A DNA stretch of 64,000 bases from Podarcis gaigeae. Lineage: Eukaryota. Below are positions 46,901-64,000 of the stretch, in pieces. Numbering within the stretch: the stretch's first letter is position 1; each line of letters starts with the position of its first letter. The translations under genes were made by a program, and so were the position numbers. Under the pieces are notes generated by a model. It was not told the DNA's origin. It did no database searches and saw only the letters and a program-made list of their open reading frames with translations. The stretch lies in NCBI GenBank assembly GCA_964106915.2, contig OZ066914.1, one strand, 5' to 3'.

Positions 46901-49900
46901 AAAAAAAATATAGTCCACCCCCCCACATGGTCTGAGGGACAGTGGACTGGCCCACGGCTGAAAAAGGTTGCTGACCCCTAACATAGCAGCAGTAGTGGGG
47001 GCTCTCCAGTCTGCAAGATTATTTAGGCCCACCAGGCTGCCCCATTTGGCCTGTGAAGGCATTTTGGTCAATCCAAGCCCATCTGTCCTACACCGGATGT
47101 CATATCAGGACGTCATCAGGTGTCAGGCAAACAAAGACAAAGCTGGGCCAAAAACGGTCTTGCTTGCAAAGCAGCTATTTGCAGGCACCTACAAAGTACT
47201 GTGCCCTTGGTTTGATTTCAAGCTGTGCAGGTCAAAGGAAGATGGGTCACCTGACATTACGGTGATGTTGGCTGACTGACAGGTGGGCAACCCCATCCAC
47301 CCATTAAAGTTGGCCCCTGGGTGGTGGGGAACATAAGGACCCTCAAATCTTCTGACCAGCCAATTCCCCACTCCAGAATAGGGCATGGAGCTGAGAAGCA
47401 ACCCATGCCCACTCAGCTAGTGTAACTGTAGTATTGAATTACAATGAAATTCTCTCCCACTGAATAATATTAATTATTATTATTATTACTTAAACCGCAT
47501 ACATCCAACTGGCTTGCCCCAGACACTCTGGGCATCTTTCAACATAATATAAAAACACAGTGAGACATCAAACATTAAAAACTTCCCAATACAGGGCTGT
47601 ATTTGGAAAGTTGTGTAATTGTTCATTCTTTGACATCTGATGTGGGGGCATTCAACAGGGCGAGTGCCACTACTGAGAAGGCTCTCTGCCTGGTTCCGTG
47701 TAACTTCACTTCTCACAATGAGGGAATCACCAGAAGGCCCTCAGAACTGGACCTCAGAAGAACTGTGGGCGAAGCTGCTCTTTTAGGTATACAGAGCCGA
47801 GGCCATGAAATCAGTGAGACCTGAAATTTCTTAAACTTGAATAGATTCTGCCTGAACTTGCAAGCAGAAATGGAAACACTGCAACCAGGGTGTGGCGCAA
47901 ACTCAGTGAAACGTTGCACAAAGTGGCCATTGTCTGCCGAGCAATCATGTGTGGGTTTGCATATTGCAGGGTTCCCCACAAAGCACTCCAGTGTTAAAAA
48001 AACAAAACCCCAACCTTCTAGATGTCCGTCCCCCCGTTATGTAAACCTAATAAGCAACCTGGAGGAAACTAAAATCTGGATCAAGTAGAGGAACTCAGGA
48101 ACTCTAAAAAAGAAATAGAAACATAGAGATACCCTGAAATACACATAAATTGGTCAGTCAACACGTTTTGAATTAATGCTCAAGGTGGTATAGAAAAGTT
48201 CAATACAATGGAAATAATAGCTAAATATAACATCCATTCTTCCTGTGTGCCAATATAATGTTACTGTTAAAACCTTCCTACCCTACAGCAATGAAATATG
48301 GAGTGACACTGTGACATAAAGAGGAAATGGGGGGGGGGGAGATGACATTTTATTACAGTGGTACCTTGGGTTACATACACTTCAGGTTACACACTCCGCT
48401 AACCCAGAAATAGTGCTTCAGGTTAAGAACTTTGCTTCAGGGTAAGAACAGAAATCGGGCTCTGGCGGCGCAGCGGCGGCAGGAGGCCCCATTAGCTAAA
48501 GTGGTGTTTCAGGTTAAGAACAGTTTCAGGTTAAGAACGGACCTCCAGAACGAATTAAGTACTTAACCTGAGGTACCACTGTACAAGCAAATCTTCCAGA
48601 AGCATAGAAATGAACAGCGCAACTAGATAATGTGCAGGGGTGGGGGAAGTGTATTTACAGAACAATCCTATTCTCGTGCTATGACAAAGAGGCAGCAGAT
48701 AAGTCACCACTTTGTTGGCTGAATAACTGCCACACCCAATGCAAGCTCAACCTGAAACAGTGTAAGCAGTATAAACACAACAGACACAAACTCACTGCCC
48801 CTAGAAACATCCTAAAGCCCACCAGTTAAGGACTATGCCTGGAATGAGAGCCAGTGTGGCGTAGTAGGGAGAGTACTGGACTAGGACCTGGAAGAATGGA
48901 GTTCAAATCCCCACTCGGATATGAACTGCACTGGGTGACTTTGCGCTAGTCACAATCTCTCAGCCTCACCTACTGTACAAGTGTGTTGCAACAGTGAAAT
49001 GGAGATGGGGACAACCATGTATACTACCTTGAACTCCCGGAGGAAAGGCAGGATATAAATGTAATAGTGAAGGATGCTCACCAATGGGGCATTTGGCCTC
49101 CCGCTCACCCCTCCTAGCCCCAACATCCAATTATAGGTGCTAGGAGCACAAGGGTTGCAGGAGAAGCCCTGGTTTGTTAGAAAAGTGCAGCAGGACTTCT
49201 GCTAAACCCTGCAGCCCCTCAACCAGCAGAGAGCAGGCCTTTTCTGTGGTAGTTCCTCATCTGTGGAATGCTCTCCCCAGAAAGGCTTACCTGCCACCAT
49301 CATTACATGTTTTTAGGCGCCAAGGAAAAACATTCCTCTTTACCCAGGCCTTCAGCCAATAAATAATCTAAGGCTTGTTAAATGTGTTTGTGGTAGGGAC
49401 TTGTTATTGTGAATATTTTATTAGCATGCATCTATAATTATGCTCTAGGGACGCAGGTGGCGCTGTGGGTTAAAGCCTCAGCGCCTAGGACTTGCCGATT
49501 GAAAGGTCGGCGGTTCGAATCCCTGCGACGGGGTGCGCTCCCGCTGCTCGGTCCCAGCGCCTGCCAACCTAGCAGTTCGAAAGCACCTCCGGGTGCAAGT
49601 AGATAAATAGGGACCGCTTACCAGCGGGAAGGTAAACGGCGTTTCCGTGTGCAGCTCTGGCTCGCCAGAGCAGTGATGTCACGCTGGGCACGTGACCCGG
49701 AAGTGTCTCCGGACAGCGCTGGCCCCTGGCCTCTTGAGTGAGATGGGCGCACAACCCCAGAGTCTGGCAAGACTGGCCCGTACGGGCAGGGGTACCTTTA
49801 CCTTTACCTTTATAATTATGCTCTGCATTATGCTTTTTATTATTATGCTCCGTGAAATATGTTCTTGATGTTGTACACCACCCTGGGATCTTCTGATAAA

Positions 49901-52107
49901 GGGTGGTATATAAACTGAATAAATAATAATAACAATAATAATCTTCACTGTAGGATTGTGCCCTTAAGTTTCTGGTATCTTCTTACTCCAAGCACCTGAC
50001 ATGTCCTCCACCACACAGCATATATTGTATAATAATATTACGGCTCCCTCCAATGGATCATGCTGTTGATGCACTGGGAGAGGGAATCAAACACTTCTCC
50101 AAACTTTGAGGCTACTTGTTGCTGGGAACAGAGCAAGGGCAACAACATGAATTGGTGTGAGATAATCTTCAAGTGTACCAACATAGTGTCAGCAGCACTT
50201 TTTTTTATTATGACTGCTTGCAGTCCTGTCTGCCTTGGTAAAAGAAACAGTTTTTACCCCATGAAATAAGGCAGCATGGCTTGGATCATGAGCAAGAACA
50301 TCAACACACACGAAAAGAAGAGTAGCAATTACTGACAAAAACACATGACCAGCATGTCAAAGTTTAGAGCCCTGCTGGATCATATCAAAGGGCTGTTTAG
50401 ACCAGTAGTGGCACACCTTTTTTCAGACCAGGCTCCCTATTTCCTTCTGAGCGCCACATGTCAGTGGTGGGTGGGGCAGCAGCAAAAGAAGGCAGAGCAA
50501 TCAATGCAAATTTAACCTTTCTATACACACACATACTCATACACCTCTCTTTATATTCTATCCAGACAAGCCAGTGGCGTAGCGTGGGGGGTGCAGGGGG
50601 GGCCGGCCGCACCGGGTGCAACATCTGGGGGTTAGGGTTAGGGGGCGCAAATCCACGGGTTAGGGGGTGCAAATTACTTGCCTTGCCCCGGGTACTGACA
50701 ACCCACGCTACGCCACTGAGACAAGCAAGCCACATCATTAGAATTCCAACTAGGCAACAATATTTAGGGTGTGAAGGGTATCACCTGGGAAGAGTTCCAA
50801 GTGCCAGTGAGAGAGGTTTGGAGAACTGTGTTTGGTCACCAGGCCTGAGGTTCTCCATCCCTGACTGAGACCAACATCTTGTTTCCCAGTTACCAACCAG
50901 ATGCCTCTGGGCAAAAACCGCCCCCCCCCCCCCAGTAAATGGCAATTCAGAGACAGTTGGAGCTGGCCTATGACCATCATGATTAGTTACAACTGATACT
51001 TTTAAAAGCAAAGTGGGAAATAAGATTATCTAAATCCTCATGTTAAAACTCGACTGTTAGCTGACTGTGCCTCTTCAGACTGTGGGTGGGTGATCAAATG
51101 TAGAAATGCTTTCTGATATTTTAGGTATACACTTGTCTGTGCAGAAAAATTATCAGTGGGAGGGAATGTGGACATTCATCCCTCACTTGTAGTCTTTAAG
51201 AATTTGGTGGAGCACATGGTTTCTATACAACTGGGCATCATAGGAGCCAACTCCTAGGGGCTGTGGGGGCTTTGGCCCCCACAATAAAATATTTAACCAC
51301 AATGTTGATGGGCATTTCTATTCAAATGGTGTGTGTGCACTGTGTCATGTGATTGATTATGTGGGGCGGGGTTTACCTGGGCCCCCACAATATTTTATTT
51401 AAATTGGCACCCCTGCTGGGCATTCAAAAGCATCACTGCCTCTGACAGCAGTGCAGACCCATGAATCCTCTTTTATAGGCACCTAAGCTGGTGGCCACCA
51501 CTGGGGGAGTGATCACAGATGGAGGCTAATATTCTGCCTTAAACCATGGTAGAGCATTGGCTACTTGGTGGCCCTGCCTGGCAGCACTCTCCTCCCTTCT
51601 CTGGCACTAGGATACCTTGAAGGAGAACACGGAGGGGATCACACCCGCCTTCAGCCTTTTCTGTCCTCCATACACCTCGAAATCATCCTGGAAGAAATGA
51701 TCTGAGCAGATGCAGGCGCCTGAGCCTGGGATCCACAGCTTCCTGGAGCCTGGCTCAATGCGATTCACAGCCAGCATCCACTTCTTCCTCAGTTCATGGG
51801 CTTTGGGGAAGCTGGAGGAGGAAGAAGAGATGGGAAACTATAAATCCCACTGACTTTCCCCACATGGCTGATGGTGCAGGTGACGACACCGACTGACACA
51901 AAGCCCCGCCCACAACCCACACCTGGCCCCGCCCCTTGTTAACCAAAGCCCCGCCCCCTCCGCTAATAGGCTTACAACCAGCCACGCTCTCCATGAGGAG
52001 GCCCCATTACGGTATTCAGATGCAGACCTGTGGAATGAGAGGCCCTTGGCCCGGTTCTCCCGCGTGTCCCGGTTGGGACAGTTAACGGCCGAGCAGGCTT
52101 TAGGCAT
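32999..52107 (-). CDS. THAP9-like P-element transposase-derived protein, ~907 aa; complement(join(52028..52107,51616..51811,40475..40594,39371..39599,38425..38578,32999..34943))
   Basis: Six GT-AG exons join in phase to 2724 nt with no stops. THAP C2CH zinc finger (CSAVNC...ICSDHF...GVIPSVF), EHQY HCF-1 motif plus coiled coil, HTH region, RNase H-like core (VTSDATA, FDPSH, ATQLFSE, DPLE) and C-terminal CAEC. Colinear with recalled human THAP9. Exon 3 boundaries are the least certain. Confidence 0.9.
35203..35444 (+). mobile_element. Tc1/mariner-type MITE, young family copy 2
   Basis: TA-CAGTGGTACCTC...GAGGTACCACTG-TA; internal tandem duplication of ggttacata(t/c)gcttca. Confidence 0.9.
36047..36258 (+). 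mobile_element. Tc1/mariner-type MITE, young family copy 3
   Basis: Same TIRs and TA TSD. Confidence 0.9.
36805..36985 (+). mobile_element. Old CORE/Squam3-like SINE fragment
   Basis: gatgaccttgggtcagtcac...cttcgcagggttgttgtgaggataaaatgggg; similar to 48847-49066. Confidence 0.55.
38425..38578 (-). CDS. THAP9-like exon 5 (HTH region)
   Basis: cagcag|[10 protein letters not shown]...[38 protein letters not shown]|gtatgt; aligns to THAP9 FACTLYLCSSKVYDYVRKILKLPHSSILRT. Tandem NAGNAG acceptor. Confidence 0.92.
39040..39194. repeat. Long inverted repeat / hairpin (69-bp arms, 17-nt loop)
   Basis: 39040-39108 is the reverse complement of 39126-39194 with 3 mismatches; the outer 48 bp are perfect. 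Confidence 0.92.
39371..39599 (-). CDS. THAP9-like exon 4 (HCF-1-binding motif and coiled coil)
   Basis: ctgtag|[12 protein letters not shown]...[24 protein letters not shown]|gtaagc; aligns to THAP9 EDHNYSL...LLRAQFSD. Confidence 0.9.
40475..40594 (-). CDS. THAP9-like exon 3 (low-complexity linker)
   Basis: caatacag|[10 protein letters not shown]...AQAKA|gtacgt; 120 nt, phase 0-0. No homology support, so predicted from splice signals and frame only. Confidence 0.6.
41378..42057 (-). mobile_element. CR1 LINE 5'-truncated 3' fragment
   Basis: ORF2 C-terminal peptides EKDLGVLVD...[20 protein letters not shown]...VQRRATKM and [12 protein letters not shown]; (ATTCTATG)n tail; frameshifted. Confidence 0.95.
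46730..46980. mobile_element. hAT-type MITE
   Basis: Ends CAGGGGTAGGCAAAC / GTTGCTGACCCCTA; perfect 8-bp TSD ACATAGCA at 46722-46729 and 46981-46988. Confidence 0.88.
47470..47830 (-). mobile_element. L2 LINE 3' fragment
   Basis: (TTA)n tail and gccactactgagaaggc, the reverse of the AFSVVA motif of L2 ORF2. Confidence 0.55.
48356..48581 (+). mobile_element. Tc1/mariner-type MITE, young family copy 4
   Basis: TA-CAGTGGTACC...GAGGTACCACTG-TA. Confidence 0.9.
48847..49066 (+). mobile_element. tRNA-derived CORE/Squam3-like SINE
   Basis: gagagccagtgtggcgtagt...gagttcaaatcc (A/B boxes), CORE gggtgactttg...agtcac, ggatataaat tail. Confidence 0.7.
49220..49935 (+). mobile_element. L2 LINE 3' end interrupted by a Sauria SINE
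   Basis: Encodes [14 protein letters not shown]...KTFLF; its tail (gggtggtatataaa...aataat) resumes after the SINE. Confidence 0.6.
49447..49810 (+). mobile_element. Full-length Sauria SINE
   Basis: gggacgcaggtggcgctgtgggtt head, B box GGTTCGAATCC, (ACCTTT)3 tail, 14-bp TSD TATAATTATGCTCT at 49433-49446 and 49811-49824. Confidence 0.92.
50572..50718. mobile_element. hAT-type MITE with internal TTAGGG units
   Basis: Perfect 17-bp TIR CAGTGGCGTAGCGTGGG; 8-bp TSD AGACAAGC at 50564-50571 and 50719-50726. Confidence 0.9.
51239..51415. mobile_element. hAT-type MITE
   Basis: Imperfect TIRs; perfect 8-bp TSD CTGGGCAT at 51231-51238 and 51416-51423. Confidence 0.75.
51616..51811 (-). CDS. THAP9-like exon 2 (THAP domain C-half)
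   Basis: ctccag|[66 protein letters not shown]|gtatcc; not in the ORF track. Confidence 0.95.
52028..52107 (-). CDS. THAP9-like exon 1 (THAP domain N-half)
   Basis: [28 protein letters not shown]|gtctgc; aligns to THAP9 MTRSCSAVGCSTRDTVLSRERGLSFH. Confidence 0.93.
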
Positions 52108-52309
52108 CGTCTCCGACTCCGCGGCGAAAAGCCCCAATCCCGGCTCCCGCCAAGCGCGCTTACTTTGCCTCGAGCGTCATGGCGGCAACGTCCGCGGCGC
52201 ACTCTGAACTGACCCCGGAGGCGACCCGTCGGAGGGAAACACCTCGCGCGCGGATTGGTCCCCGCGGCGACCTGTTGCCGGCCGCGGTGGGTGCTGGGAA
52301 AAAGAAAAC

Positions 52310-64000
<11,691 letters not shown>

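Noticed and set aside
49447-49530. tRNA gene-like A/B boxes
   Set aside because: Head of a Sauria SINE with tail and TSD, not a tRNA; the same applies to the SINEs at 8068 and 48847.

Overview
Vertebrate genomic DNA, most likely a lacertid lizard (inferred from Sauria and Squam3-type SINEs, CR1/L2/Penelope relics and squamate-type MITEs). I assembled three multi-exon protein-coding genes by hand from splice signals and reading-frame phase. (1) PACSIN3 (+): CpG-island promoter at ~2.3-4.3 kb, 9 coding exons 22476-31282, 436 aa, F-BAR plus SH3. (2) An intact 6-exon, ~907-aa THAP9-like P-element transposase gene (-), 52107-32999. It sits between PACSIN3 and ARFGAP2, where mammals have no such gene to my knowledge, and is head-to-head with ARFGAP2 with only 202 bp between the start codons. 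(3) The 5' part of ARFGAP2 (+), 12 coding exons from 52310 to the window end. The main finding is the apparently domesticated, non-syntenic THAP9 paralogue, with intact DNA-binding and HCF-1 motifs but eroded catalytic and GTP-binding motifs. Other notable items: a 69-bp-arm intronic hairpin, a Penelope-type minimal hammerhead ribozyme in PACSIN3 intron 1, a (GT)20 microsatellite at a PACSIN3 splice donor, a GC-AG intron containing an in-frame 66-nt candidate cassette exon, and many MITEs with intact target-site duplications. Homology calls rest on my recollection of the reference proteins; no database search was run.
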